Assembly: GCA_011523565.1 (NCBI GenBank)
Contig: WTGL01000027.1
Location: 2,932-52,063, forward strand
Source of the DNA: Acidobacteriota bacterium
GTDB lineage: Bacteria > Acidobacteriota > Thermoanaerobaculia > Multivoradales > Multivoraceae
Direction: 5' to 3'
Length of the DNA stretch: 49,132 nucleotides
Each line of letters opens with the position of its first letter. Position 1 is the first letter of the stretch. Below are positions 19,365-29,488 of this stretch, piece after piece. The position numbers and the translations under genes are program-made. The notes under the pieces are model-generated. The model saw only the letters and a program-made list of their open reading frames with translations, did no database searches and was not told where the DNA came from.

Positions 19365-21317
19365 ATGCTGAACGTCATCCGAAAGAACATCAAGAGCTTC
19401 TACCCGCTGGCGATCGGACTCGCCGGAGTGTTCGTGTTGCTGGTCTTCACCGACTTTCAGGCACTCGACGGCACACAGATCAACCAGGTCGCCGCCAAGG
19501 TCGGCCGGGAGGACATCACCTTCACTGAGTTCGAGCGCGCCTACCGCAACACCGAAAGCCGCTACCAGCAGATCTACGGCGACGCGTTCACGGCGGACCT
19601 CGCCGATCAACTGCAGTTGCCCGTGCAGGCGATCGAAGCTCTGATCAATGACCGCCTCCTCACCCGGGAGGCCGAGCGGCTGGGACTGACGGTCAGCGAC
19701 GACGAGCTGCAGGAGGAGATCCTCTCGATACCCGGCCTGAGGGACGCCGCCGGCAACTTCATCGGCGCCCGCCAGTACCAGGATGCCCTGCGCAGGGCCC
19801 GCTACACGGTGGACGAGTTCGAGGCCGAGCTGCGCACGTCCCTCCTGGTGGGCAAGTTGCAGGCGGCGCTGACCGAGGTCGCCCACGTCTCCGACGCCGA
19901 GGTCGAGCAGCGGGCCCGCGACGCCGCCGAGCGGGCGGCCATCCGCTACATCCAGGTTCCCGCCAGTCGCTACGGCGCGGAGGCGGAGCCTTCGGCCGAC
20001 GAGGCGGCCGCCTTCTTCGACGAGAACCGGGACGACTTCCGGCTGCCGGAGCGCAGACGGGTCGGCTACCTGCTGGTCGACACGAACACGGTCCGCGCCG
20101 AACTCGAAGTGACCGACGAAGAGGTTCGGCGGTACTACGAGGACAACGCAGCGCAGTTCGAAGTACCCGAACAGGTGAGGGCCAGCCACATCCTCCTGCT
20201 CGAGACCGCGAGTCGCAGCGGCGAACAGGCCCGCGCGGAGCTGAACGACCTGCGCAGGCGCATCGAGGCAGGCGCGGACTTCGCCGCGCTGGCCGCCGAG
20301 TACTCCGACGACGAGGCGAACAGGGAGAACGGCGGCGACCTCGGTTACTTCGGCCGCGGCGCGATGACACCCGCCTTCGAGGAAGCGGCCTTCGGCGCCG
20401 GCAGCGGCGAGCTGGTCGGTCCGATCGAGAATCAGCTCGGACCCCGCAACGGGCACCACCTGATCCTCGTTCACGATCGTCGTGAAGGTGGGCGGCAGAC
20501 ACTGGAGGAGGTGAGCAACCTGATCCGCGTCCAGCTCCTGGCCAGCAAGGCGGAGGAGGAGGGCCGCAGCCGCATCGACGCGCTCGCCGGGAGGCTCGCG
20601 GACCAGCCGTTCGAGGGCGAAACCGAAGCTCGTGAACTGGCCGCCGCCGAGGGCCTCAGTTTCGAGGTCACCGAGCCGTTCGCCGAGGATGACGCCGTTC
20701 CGGGCGTCGGCCGCAATTTCAACTTCTCCTCCGAGGCGTTCGGCCTGGAAAGCGGCGCGTGGTCGTCGCCGGTCCGGATCGCGGCCGGCTGGGCGCTCCT
20801 CTCGCTGTTGGAGGCCCTGCCGCCGCGCGACGCCGAGCTCGCGGAGGTAGAGACCGACGTACGCGACGTTCTGCGCCGTCAGAAGGAGGAGGAGCTGCTG
20901 ACCGCCGCGCTCACGGAGGCGAAGCAGCGGCTGGACGGGGGGCTGAGCCTGGACGACGCGGCGAACGAGTTCGACGCGACGGTGGAGGAGAGCGGCAGCT
21001 TCGGCCTGCGGCAGCCGGTCGGAGCCCTGGGCGCCGCGCCGGACCTCTCCCGGGAGGTCTTCACTCTCTCCGCCGGCCAGTTCGGCGGGCCGGTCGACAC
21101 GCCGTTCGGCGGCGTGCTGTTCGAGGTCACCGAACGGCAGTCCTTCGACCCGCTTCTGTTCGACCCGGAGACGACGCGGAACGAACTCCTGGCCGAACGC
21201 ACCCTGAGCATGCTGCAATCCGTGCTCGGGCGCCTGCGCGAAGAGCTCGGCGTCAGCTACACGAAGGACTTCATCGAGAACTTCGGTCTCGGAGAGACCG
21301 AGGCGGCAGGCACCTGA
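19365..21317 (+). CDS. ppiD: SurA N-terminal domain / parvulin peptidyl-prolyl isomerase (PpiD-like)
   Basis: N-terminal TM helix, SurA_N-like region, VRASHILL...DFAALAAEYSDD...GGDLGYF...FEEAAF. ATG 19365 has a GGGAG RBS. Confidence 0.85.
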   Translation: MLNVIRKNIKSFYPLAIGLAGVFVLLVFTDFQALDGTQINQVAAKVGREDITFTEFERAYRNTESRYQQIYGDAFTADLADQLQLPVQAIEALINDRLLTREAERLGLTVSDDELQEEILSIPGLRDAAGNFIGARQYQDALRRARYTVDEFEAELRTSLLVGKLQAALTEVAHVSDAEVEQRARDAAERAAIRYIQVPASRYGAEAEPSADEAAAFFDENRDDFRLPERRRVGYLLVDTNTVRAELEVTDEEVRRYYEDNAAQFEVPEQVRASHILLLETASRSGEQARAELNDLRRRIEAGADFAALAAEYSDDEANRENGGDLGYFGRGAMTPAFEEAAFGAGSGELVGPIENQLGPRNGHHLILVHDRREGGRQTLEEVSNLIRVQLLASKAEEEGRSRIDALAGRLADQPFEGETEARELAAAEGLSFEVTEPFAEDDAVPGVGRNFNFSSEAFGLESGAWSSPVRIAAGWALLSLLEALPPRDAELAEVETDVRDVLRRQKEEELLTAALTEAKQRLDGGLSLDDAANEFDATVEESGSFGLRQPVGALGAAPDLSREVFTLSAGQFGGPVDTPFGGVLFEVTERQSFDPLLFDPETTRNELLAERTLSMLQSVLGRLREELGVSYTKDFIENFGLGETEAAGT

Positions 21318-21342
21318 CCGCCGCACGGCGCGCGACTCCCGC

Positions 21343-21960
21343 TTGATCGGCTACCTGCGCGGGCGTCGTCAGGCCCTGGGGCCCGAACTCCTGGTTCTCG
21401 ACGTGGGCGGCGTCGGGTACTCCGTGCGCATCCCGCTCTCGACCTGGTTCGAGCTGGACAAGCTGGAGGCCGGCGCCGAGTTCGGTCTTCACATCCACAC
21501 CCACGTGCGCGCCGACGCGATCGAACTGTTCGGCTTCTGGACCGAGGCGGAGCGCACCCTGTTCGAACACTGCCTCGGCGTCAGCGGTGTCGGACCCCGA
21601 CTGGCCCAGGTCGTTCTCTCCGGCGGTTCGACCGCCGACCTCCTGACGGCCATCGCCGGCGGCAACGTCGCCGCCCTGACCCGGATCCCGGGGATCGGCC
21701 GCAAGACGGCCGAGCGAATGGTTTTGGAGTTGAAGGAAAAGGCGAAGATGCTGCTGGCCGAGTCCGGCGTCGAACCGCCGCCGGCCGAGGCGGAGCCGGA
21801 GCTGGAAGACGACCAGGAGCAGGTCATCAGCGCCCTGCTCAACCTCGGCTACCGCCCGAACGAGGCCCGGCGCGCGGTGTCCCGCGTCCTCGCCGAGCAC
21901 CCCGACGTCGAGTTCCAGGAGCTCCTCCGCCAGAGCCTGCGCCAGCTCTCCCGGCTCTGA
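21343..21960 (+). CDS. ruvA: Holliday junction branch migration protein RuvA
   Basis: MIGYLRG, DVGGVGY, LFGF, VSGVGPRLA, IPGIGRKTAERMVLELK, ALLNLGY. Confidence 0.96.
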   Translation: MIGYLRGRRQALGPELLVLDVGGVGYSVRIPLSTWFELDKLEAGAEFGLHIHTHVRADAIELFGFWTEAERTLFEHCLGVSGVGPRLAQVVLSGGSTADLLTAIAGGNVAALTRIPGIGRKTAERMVLELKEKAKMLLAESGVEPPPAEAEPELEDDQEQVISALLNLGYRPNEARRAVSRVLAEHPDVEFQELLRQSLRQLSRL

Positions 21961-21990
21961 ACGCCTCGGACACGCCGCACACACCGGACG

Positions 21991-22200
21991 CACCCGCCCG
22001 TCTTGGGTCCGGAGGGGTCAGCTCCCAGGGTGACGTTCGCGCTTGAGAGGAGATGTGAGGGGATGGCACTCACTCCGCTTCACTCGCTCCGGTTGGGCGT
22101 CGGTGATTGCAACGTCGTTGGCCGTCGCTCGTTCAGAGGCACCTGGGAGCTGACCCCTCCGGACCCGACCGGGCTAGACGTCGTTGCCCTGAGCTGAGGC
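21991..22200 (+). repeat. Hairpin repeat element, copy 1 (short inner end)
   Basis: Starts CACCCGCCCGTCTTGGG. Contains a perfect 25-bp internal inverted repeat GGGTCCGGAGGGGTCAGCTCCCAGG (22005-22029 / 22142-22166). Highly similar to 44001-44210. Confidence 0.95.
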
Positions 22201-22213
22201 CCTGTGCGCCGCG

Positions 22214-23083
22214 TCAGAACAGGGTGCCCCGGACTGGCAGGTCCAGGTGTTCGTACGCTCGCTTGGTGGCCACGCGGCCGCGGCGGGTGCGCTGGAGGAA
22301 TCCCTTCTGGACGAGGTACGGCTCGTAGAAGTCCTCGATGGTGCCCTCGTCTTCGCCGACCGACGCCGCGAGCGCCTTGAGGCCGGCCGGGCCGCCCCCG
22401 TACTGCTCGATCAGCAGTTTCATGATCCTGCGATCGATCTTGTCCAGGCCCTGCTCATCGACTTCCTGCTGAAGGAGAGCCTCGTTTGCGGTGTCGCGGT
22501 CGATCCGTCCGTCGGCTTCGATCTGCGCGTAGTCACGCACCCGGCGCAGCAGCCGGTTCGCAATCCTGGGCGTACCGCGGCTGCGCCGGGCGATCTCGTC
22601 GGCGCCACCCAGATCGACGGGCACTTCGAGCAGCTCGGCCGAGCGCTGGATGATCACGCTGAGCTGGAAGTCCTCGAGCGCCGGGTAGAGGATCTCCTCC
22701 ACCGTCGGACCGAGACGGTGGATCTCGTCGATGAAGAGAACATCCCCGGGTTCGAGGTTGGTCAGGATCGCAGCCAGGTCGCCCGCCCGCTCCAGGACCG
22801 GACCGGACGTGGACCGCAACGCCGAACCCATCTCCCGGGCGATGATGTGCGCCAAGGTCGTCTTCCCCAGCCCGGGGGGACCGAACAGCAGCACATGGTC
22901 CAGAGCTTCGCCCCGCCGGCGCGCCGCCTGCATGTAGATGTCGAGCAGCTCGACGATCTTCTCCTGCCCCAGGTACTCGCTCAGCCGCTGCGGCCGAAGC
23001 GACGGTTCGAGACGACGGTCCTCTGCGTCCCCGACGGCTGAGAGAACGCTCTCCTCACCGTCGGTGCCGCCCGTCCCGGCCAT
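22214..23083 (-). pseudogene. ruvB: Holliday junction helicase RuvB with an in-frame internal deletion (~54 aa); probably non-functional, or an assembly error
   Basis: [49 protein letters not shown] and EPYL are present. EDFQL is joined directly to SVIIQRSA, with no GATTR or RDRFG segment. Length is 289 aa. Confidence 0.85.
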
Positions 23084-23108
23084 GGCCGGATGCTATCGCG
23101 GCCCCTAG

Positions 23109-23348
23109 CATGACACCGCCGCGGGCGTTGCAGGTCGGTGCCTTGCCTCAGGGCAACGACGTCCAGCCCGGTCGGGTCCGGAGGGGTCAGCTCCCAGGTG
23201 CCTCTGAACGAGCGACGGCCGACGCCCCCCACGCAACGGACGACCAACCGGAGCGAGTGAAGCGGAGTGAGCGCCATCTCCTCACATCTCCTCTGACGCG
23301 CTCACGTCACCTGGGAGCTGACCCCTCCGGCCCCAAGACGGGCGGGTG
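23109..23348 (-). repeat. Hairpin repeat element, copy 2 (full length, inverted)
   Basis: Reverse complement of copy 3 over ~240 bp, including the inner extension ...GGCGGTGTCATG. Arms at 23174-23200 / 23308-23334 with one mismatch. Confidence 0.95.
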
Positions 23349-23439
23349 AGCGCAGCGCCGTGGCGCCGGCTGGCGTTGGCGTGTACGCTAATGCGCCTTT
23401 CGCGCCCTACCGACGACGTGACTCCACCTCCAACGCACC

Positions 23440-25983
23440 ATGAAGGTCCTCAAGTTCGGCGGCTCCTCCGTGGCCGACGCAGCCCGGCTGCAGTCGGCTG
23501 CCCGGATCGTGTGCGGGCAACTGGAGAACTCGGCTGCGGACGGGGCGGTGGTGGTGTCCGCCCTCGGAGGGGTCACCGACCGGCTGCTGGGGCTTGCCTC
23601 GGCCTGCCTCGAGGAGCGCGATCCGGCTGAGGCGGCTCGCGAGGTGGAGGCGCTTCGCGTCCATCACCTGGACATCGCGGCCGAGGTGGCGGCCGACGAC
23701 GAGCAGCCGACGGTCGCGGCCACGGTCGAGGCCCTGTGCGACGACCTTGCATCGACACTGAGCGAGTGCGCGCCGGACGGCGCTGGCGACGGCCGTTCGA
23801 ACGAGGCCCTGATCGACCGGATCGTCTGCCATGGGGAACTCCTGTCCACCCAGCTCCTGGCCGCCGCGCTGCGCGCCGAGGGCCTTCCAGCCGAGGCCTG
23901 CGACGCACGCCCCCTGGTCTCCACGGACCGTTCGTTCCAGGGGGCGACCGTCGATCTGGAACCGACTCTCCGGGCGATCGCCTCGCACTTCGCCGACCTC
24001 GGCGCCGGCGCCCCGCTGCAGGTGATCACCGGCTTCCTCGGCAGCAGTCCGGAGGGCGAGACGACGACCCTGGGGCGCAGCGGCTCCGACCTCACCGCCG
24101 CCCTCGTCGGCGCCGCGCTGGATGCCGAGCGGATCGAGATCTGGACCGACGTTCCGGGCGTGATGACGGCCGACCCGCGGCGCGTGGAGGACGCCCTGCC
24201 GATCCCGCGGCTGAGCTACGAGGAGATGCTCGAACTCTCCCACTTCGGCGCCAAGGTCGTCTATCCGCCGACCGTGACGCCGGCGCGTCGCCGTGGCATT
24301 CCGTTGCTGGTCCGAAGTACCCTCGATCCCGAGCATCCCGGCACCCTGATCGACGACGACGAACTCGTCCGGGAAAGGGCCCGCGGCACCGCGGTCACCG
24401 GCATCTCCTCGATCGACGACGTCCACCTGATGCTGCTGGTCGGCGACAACCTGGTCGGCACTCCGGGCGTTGCGGCCCGCCTCTTCGAGGCCCTCGCTGC
24501 GAGCGGAGCGAGCGCGATCCTGATCTCCCAGGCTTCGAGCGAGCACTCGATCTGCTTCGCGGTCGAACCCGGCGTTTCCGAGGCGGCGAGGAAGGCGGTG
24601 GACGCCGAGTTCCGGGCGGAGATCGCGGCCGGTTCGGTGCGACCCCTGAGGGTTGAGCGGGACCAGTCGATCGTTGCCGTGGTCGGCGACGGCATGCGGT
24701 ACCGGCCGGGTATCGCCGGACGCGTGTTCGGCATCCTGGGCCGGCGCGGGGTGAACGTGCGGGCAGTGGCCCAGGGCTCGTCCGAACGGAACATCTCCAT
24801 GGTCGTGGCCCGGGCCGACGAGGGGCGAGCGGTGCGCTGGATCCACCGGGAGTTCTTCCACGGCGCCGCCTCGGGGCGGCTCGCGGTCTATGTCCTCGGT
24901 GTCGGCGGCGTCGGCTCGGCGCTCCTGCGGCAGCTCGATGCCGAGCGCGAGTCCCTCGCCCGGCAGGGGATCGACCTGCAGTTGCGGGGCCTGGCCAGCT
25001 CTCGCTACATGCGCTTCGGAACCCGCCGCGGCAAGAGCCTGGACGCCGGCGCCGCGAGCGATCCCGACGGTTGGCGGTCCGAACTCGAGCGGAACGGCGA
25101 AGGAGCGGACCTGGACCGCCTGCTCGACCACCTCGCCGAAACGGCGGCCGGCGGCGGCCGCACGGTGCTCGTCGACGTGACCGCCAGCGGCTCCATGGCC
25201 GCCGTCTACCACGGCGCGCTGTCCGCCGGCGCCGCGGTCGCCAGCGCGAACAAGCTGCCCTTCGCGGGACCGCTCCAGGACTTTCGCGCCTTCCGGCCGA
25301 ACGGAGCGCAGAACGTCTTCCACGAGGCGACCGTCGGTGCGGGCTTGCCCGTGCTCCACACCGCCGACATGCTGCTCGGCGCGGGCGACCGCATCGACAC
25401 GGTATCCGGCGTGTTCTCGGGCACCCTCGCCTATCTGACCGGCAAGCTGGGCGCCGGCGCCGTCTGGAGCGAAGCGGTCCGCGAGGCCCACCGCCTGGGC
25501 TACACGGAACCGGATCCGCGAGACGATCTCGGCGGCCTGGACGTCGCTCGCAAGCTGCTCATCCTGGCGCGGATCTGCGGCTGCGAACTCGATCTGGACG
25601 ACATCGAGGTCGAGCCCATGCTCGACCGGCCCGACCTGGCCGATCTGCCGCTCGACGGCTGGTGGGAACGGCTGGCCGAAGCCGACGGCGACATGGCGGA
25701 CCGCTTCGCCGACGCCGCGTCGGCGGGGCTGGAACTTGCCTACCTGGCCGAACTCGACATGTCCGGCGAGACGGCCGCCGCCCACGTCGGACTGCGAGCC
25801 GTACCAGCCGACCACCCGGTCGCGGGCATGCCGGCTTCGGACAACATGTTCGTGTTCCGCAGCCAGCGCTACCGGGAACGCCCCCTGGTCGTCCAGGGCC
25901 CGGGCGCCGGCACCGACCTGACCGCCGGCGGTGTCTTCGCTGACATACTTCGGGCTTGGAACGAGAGGGGCTCCGCCCCGTGA
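23440..25983 (+). CDS. thrA: Bifunctional aspartate kinase / homoserine dehydrogenase
   Basis: [26 protein letters not shown] domains ([19 protein letters not shown]), [25 protein letters not shown]. Confidence 0.96.
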   Translation: MKVLKFGGSSVADAARLQSAARIVCGQLENSAADGAVVVSALGGVTDRLLGLASACLEERDPAEAAREVEALRVHHLDIAAEVAADDEQPTVAATVEALCDDLASTLSECAPDGAGDGRSNEALIDRIVCHGELLSTQLLAAALRAEGLPAEACDARPLVSTDRSFQGATVDLEPTLRAIASHFADLGAGAPLQVITGFLGSSPEGETTTLGRSGSDLTAALVGAALDAERIEIWTDVPGVMTADPRRVEDALPIPRLSYEEMLELSHFGAKVVYPPTVTPARRRGIPLLVRSTLDPEHPGTLIDDDELVRERARGTAVTGISSIDDVHLMLLVGDNLVGTPGVAARLFEALAASGASAILISQASSEHSICFAVEPGVSEAARKAVDAEFRAEIAAGSVRPLRVERDQSIVAVVGDGMRYRPGIAGRVFGILGRRGVNVRAVAQGSSERNISMVVARADEGRAVRWIHREFFHGAASGRLAVYVLGVGGVGSALLRQLDAERESLARQGIDLQLRGLASSRYMRFGTRRGKSLDAGAASDPDGWRSELERNGEGADLDRLLDHLAETAAGGGRTVLVDVTASGSMAAVYHGALSAGAAVASANKLPFAGPLQDFRAFRPNGAQNVFHEATVGAGLPVLHTADMLLGAGDRIDTVSGVFSGTLAYLTGKLGAGAVWSEAVREAHRLGYTEPDPRDDLGGLDVARKLLILARICGCELDLDDIEVEPMLDRPDLADLPLDGWWERLAEADGDMADRFADAASAGLELAYLAELDMSGETAAAHVGLRAVPADHPVAGMPASDNMFVFRSQRYRERPLVVQGPGAGTDLTAGGVFADILRAWNERGSAP

Positions 25984-26026
25984 GCGCTCCCTCCTCCGGC
26001 GGCCCGCGGCAACCAGGGAGCCCGTC

Positions 26027-27112
26027 ATGAGTCCTTTTGGCCTGAACCCGAGTCGACCCCTGCGCGCGGCGGTTCTGGGCGCGACCGGCACGGTGGGCCA
26101 GCGGTTCGTCACGTTGCTCGCCGGACACCCGTGGTTCGAGATCGAGGCGCTGGCGGCTTCCGAGCGCTCGGCCGGGAAGAGCTATCGCGACGCCGCAACC
26201 TGGATCCAGACCCGGCCGATCGACGAGACGGTCGCGGCGATGCCCGTGCACACGATCGGCGAGCTGCTGGACCGCAACTTCGACCTCGTCTTCTCCGCCC
26301 TGGACTCCAGCGTGGCCCGCCAGGTCGAACCCGCCTTCGCCAGGCGCTGCCTGGTGGTGACGAACGCGAGCGCCCACCGCATGGACGAGGACGTCCCGCT
26401 GCTGGTGCCCGAGGTCAACCCGGATCACCTGGACCTGCTGGGGCCGCCGTCGGATGGCACCCTGCTCCCGGGCGGCATCGTCGCCAACCCCAACTGCTCG
26501 ACGATCGGCCTGGTGCTGGCGCTCAAGCCCCTGCACGACGCCTTCGGCATCGACCGCCTCTCGGTGGTCACCCTGCAGGCCGTCTCGGGCGCGGGACTGC
26601 CCGGAATCTCAAGCTACGAGATCATGGACAACGTGATTCCATGGATTGCCAGCGAGGAGGAGAAGCTCGAGATCGAGACCGGGAAGATCCTCGGTCGGGT
26701 CGACGGAGGCGCGATCGATCCGGCCCGGATCGTGGTTTCGGCCCAGTGCAACCGCGTCCCCGTCGTCGACGGCCACACGCTCTGCATCTCGGTGAGCCTG
26801 AAGAGCGAGCCCGAACCGGAGGAGGTGCGGGAGGCCTGGCGCAGCTTCCGCGGCGAGCCGCAGGAACTCGGCCTGCCTTCGGCGCCGGAACTGCCTACGG
26901 TCTACCTCGGCGACGACGAGCCGCCCCAAACCCGGATTCACCGCGACCTGGGGCAGGGCATGACGGTCCCGATCGGCCGGTTGCGCGAGTGCCCCGTGCT
27001 CGATTTCCGGTTCGTCGCCCTGTCGCACAACACGCTCCGGGGCGCCGCCGGCGGCGCGGTGCTGGCCGCGGAACTCGCGGTCGCCCGATGCGCCCGGCAA
27101 ACCGGCGGATGA
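26027..27112 (+). CDS. asd: Aspartate-semialdehyde dehydrogenase
   Basis: LGATGTVGQRF, VPLLVPEVNPDHL, NPNCST, QAVSGAG, HNTLRGAAGGAVL. ATG 26027 has a GGGAG RBS. Confidence 0.95.
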   Translation: MSPFGLNPSRPLRAAVLGATGTVGQRFVTLLAGHPWFEIEALAASERSAGKSYRDAATWIQTRPIDETVAAMPVHTIGELLDRNFDLVFSALDSSVARQVEPAFARRCLVVTNASAHRMDEDVPLLVPEVNPDHLDLLGPPSDGTLLPGGIVANPNCSTIGLVLALKPLHDAFGIDRLSVVTLQAVSGAGLPGISSYEIMDNVIPWIASEEEKLEIETGKILGRVDGGAIDPARIVVSAQCNRVPVVDGHTLCISVSLKSEPEPEEVREAWRSFRGEPQELGLPSAPELPTVYLGDDEPPQTRIHRDLGQGMTVPIGRLRECPVLDFRFVALSHNTLRGAAGGAVLAAELAVARCARQTGG

Positions 27113-28116
27113 GCCGCTCGGTGAGGGCGTTCGCCCCGGCGTCGGTTTCCAACATCGCCTGCGGCTTCGACATCCTGGGCTTCGCCCTGCAGTCGGAGGC
27201 CGGCGAACCTCCGGCCGGACCGGGTGACGTGGTCACTGCGGCCGAACGGATCGGCGACCGCCGTGCCGGACCCTGCGGACCGGTCAGGATCACGGCGATC
27301 TCCGGCGACGCCGGCCGGCTGCCGCGCCAGGTCGAGCGCAACACGGCAGCCGTGGCGGCCGCGGCGCTGCTTGAGGCGGAGGCTCCGGATAAGGCCGTCG
27401 ACCTGGAGATCGAGAAGCGCATGCCGCTCGAAAGCGGCCTCGGCTCGAGTGCCGCCAGCGCGGTGGCGGCAGTCGTCGCGGTCGATGCCCTGCTGGGGCT
27501 CGACCTGCCGCCGGCGACTCTGCTGCGCCACGCGCTGGCGGGAGAGATCCTCGCGAGCGGCGGCGCCCACGCCGACAACCTGGCCCCGGCGCTGTTCGGA
27601 GGTCTGGTCCTGGTCCGCTCGCTCGATCCGGAGCCGGATGTCGTCGAGTTGCCGGTGCCCGAGGGTCTCACCTGCGCCCTCGCGCGGCCCCACACCCACG
27701 TGAACACCCGGGAATCGCGGTCGACACTCGACCGCGATCTGCCGCTTCAGCGCGCGGTGACGCAGTGGGGCAACGCCGCGGCTCTGGTGGCGTCGCTTTA
27801 CCGCAACGACCTGGAACTCCTTTCCCGATCCCTGGTCGACGTGGTCGCCGAGCCCGTACGGGGGCCGAACGTACCCGGCTTCTACGACGCCAAGCAGGCG
27901 GCTACGGAATCCGGAGCTCTCGGCTGCAGCCTGTCGGGCAGCGGTCCCGCCGTGTTCGCCCTCTGCGACGGCACAGGCCGCGCCAGGGAGGTCGCAGCGG
28001 CGATGGCGGCCGCCCTGGAGCACGCTCTGGGAGTCGACTGCGACCGGCTCGTGTCGCCGCTCCCGGCCCCGGGCGCGCGCGTGATCGAAACCGGCGACGA
28101 CGCCGGCGGAGCCTGA
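27109..28116 (+). CDS. thrB: Homoserine kinase
   Basis: APASVSNIACGFDILGFAL, PLESGLGSSAAS, HADNLAP, LSGSGP. ATG 27109 overlaps the asd stop (ATGA). Confidence 0.95.
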   Translation: MSRSVRAFAPASVSNIACGFDILGFALQSEAGEPPAGPGDVVTAAERIGDRRAGPCGPVRITAISGDAGRLPRQVERNTAAVAAAALLEAEAPDKAVDLEIEKRMPLESGLGSSAASAVAAVVAVDALLGLDLPPATLLRHALAGEILASGGAHADNLAPALFGGLVLVRSLDPEPDVVELPVPEGLTCALARPHTHVNTRESRSTLDRDLPLQRAVTQWGNAAALVASLYRNDLELLSRSLVDVVAEPVRGPNVPGFYDAKQAATESGALGCSLSGSGPAVFALCDGTGRAREVAAAMAAALEHALGVDCDRLVSPLPAPGARVIETGDDAGGA

Positions 28117-28118
28117 CC

Positions 28119-29438
28119 TTGCGTTTCGTCAGCACCGGCGGCAAGACGCCGGCGGCGTCCCTGGGCCACGCCCTGCTCGAGGGTCCGGCTCCGGACGGCG
28201 GCCTGTACGTTCCGGAGCGCCTGGAGCCGCTGACGGCTGAACAGTTGGCCCTGCTGAAACTCATGCCCCTGACCGGCATCGCGAGCATCCTGGGCAGCCG
28301 GCTGTTCGGCTCGGAGGTCCCCGAGGAAGACCTCGCCTCGCTGGTCGAAGACGCCCTCGACTTCCCCATCCCCCTCTGCCCGATCGAGCCGGGCGTTTTC
28401 TGTCTGGAGCTCTTCCACGGACCGACGCTGGCGTTCAAGGACATCGCGGCACGGGTCATGGCCCGGCTCATGTCGCGCTTCGCCGATGCCGAGGGTCCGG
28501 ACACCACCGTGATCGTGGCCACCAGCGGGGACACTGGAAGCGCCGTGGCGCACGCCTTCAGCGGTGTTGCCGGGTTCAGGGTCTGCGTGCTCTACCCCCA
28601 GGGTCTGGTGACCGAGGCCCAGCGGCGCCTGTTCACCACCCTGGGCGGCAACGTGACCGCCGTGGCCGTCGCGGGAACCTTCGACGACTGCCAGCGCATG
28701 GCCCGTGCCGCGTTCGCCGACCGCGGACTGAGACGGCGGCGGCCTCTCGCTTCCGCCAACTCGATCAACGTCGGCCGCCTGCTGCCGCAGGTCTTCTACT
28801 ACTTCCACGCCTGGGCGCAGTTGCCGCCGGCGCCTGCTGGCCAGGCAGATGGCCCGCTCATCTTCTCCACGCCGAGCGGCAACTTCGGCAACCTGACCGC
28901 CGGCCTGCTCGCCAAGCGCATCGGCCTGCCCGTCTCCCGCTTCGTCGCGGCCACGAACGTGAACGATGTCGTCCCCGCGTACCTCGTTAGCGGCGAGTAC
29001 CTGGCGCGCGCCTCGGTAGCCACGATCTCGAACGCGATGGACGTCGGCGATCCCAGCAACTTCGCCCGCATCCGGCACCTGTACTCCGACCGGATCGACC
29101 CCCTCTCCGACCTCCGGAGCGACCTGGCGGGCCACTCCTTCGACGATCGGGCAACGCGAAGCGCGATGCGCCAGGTGCACGAGAACCGCGGCTACCTGCT
29201 GGACCCCCACACGGCGGTCGGCTACCTCGGCCTGAAGGACGAACTCGAGGCCCGGGGCGGCGGCACCGGCGTGGTGCTGGGGACGGCGCACCCGGCGAAG
29301 TTCGCCGACGTGATCCGCGATGCCGTCGGCATCACGCCGCCGCTACCGGCGGCGCTCGAGCGCTGCGCGAACCTCCCCGAACGGATCATCGAGATACCGG
29401 GCGAGGACGCGGCGCTGCGGGAGGTGCTACTGGCCTAG
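28119..29438 (+). CDS. thrC: Threonine synthase
   Basis: GPAPDGGLYVP, LELFHGPTLAFKD, ATSGDTGSA, SANSINVGRL, PSGNFGN, TAHPAKF. Start placed at TTG 28119. Confidence 0.95.
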   Translation: MRFVSTGGKTPAASLGHALLEGPAPDGGLYVPERLEPLTAEQLALLKLMPLTGIASILGSRLFGSEVPEEDLASLVEDALDFPIPLCPIEPGVFCLELFHGPTLAFKDIAARVMARLMSRFADAEGPDTTVIVATSGDTGSAVAHAFSGVAGFRVCVLYPQGLVTEAQRRLFTTLGGNVTAVAVAGTFDDCQRMARAAFADRGLRRRRPLASANSINVGRLLPQVFYYFHAWAQLPPAPAGQADGPLIFSTPSGNFGNLTAGLLAKRIGLPVSRFVAATNVNDVVPAYLVSGEYLARASVATISNAMDVGDPSNFARIRHLYSDRIDPLSDLRSDLAGHSFDDRATRSAMRQVHENRGYLLDPHTAVGYLGLKDELEARGGGTGVVLGTAHPAKFADVIRDAVGITPPLPAALERCANLPERIIEIPGEDAALREVLLA

Positions 29439-29488
29439 CAGCGTGCGCGGCAGGAGGATCGGCGTGCCCTGTGCTCTTCGGCGCACGC

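Noticed and set aside
21991-23348. Repeat pairs as a classical IS or composite transposon, or as integron attC sites
   Set aside because: There is no transposase or integrase. I could not find a target-site duplication at either pair or a RYYYAAC...GTTRRRY attC layout.
23349-23439. Possible thr attenuator leader before thrA
   Set aside because: No Thr/Ile-rich leader peptide or terminator hairpin with a U-tract is visible.
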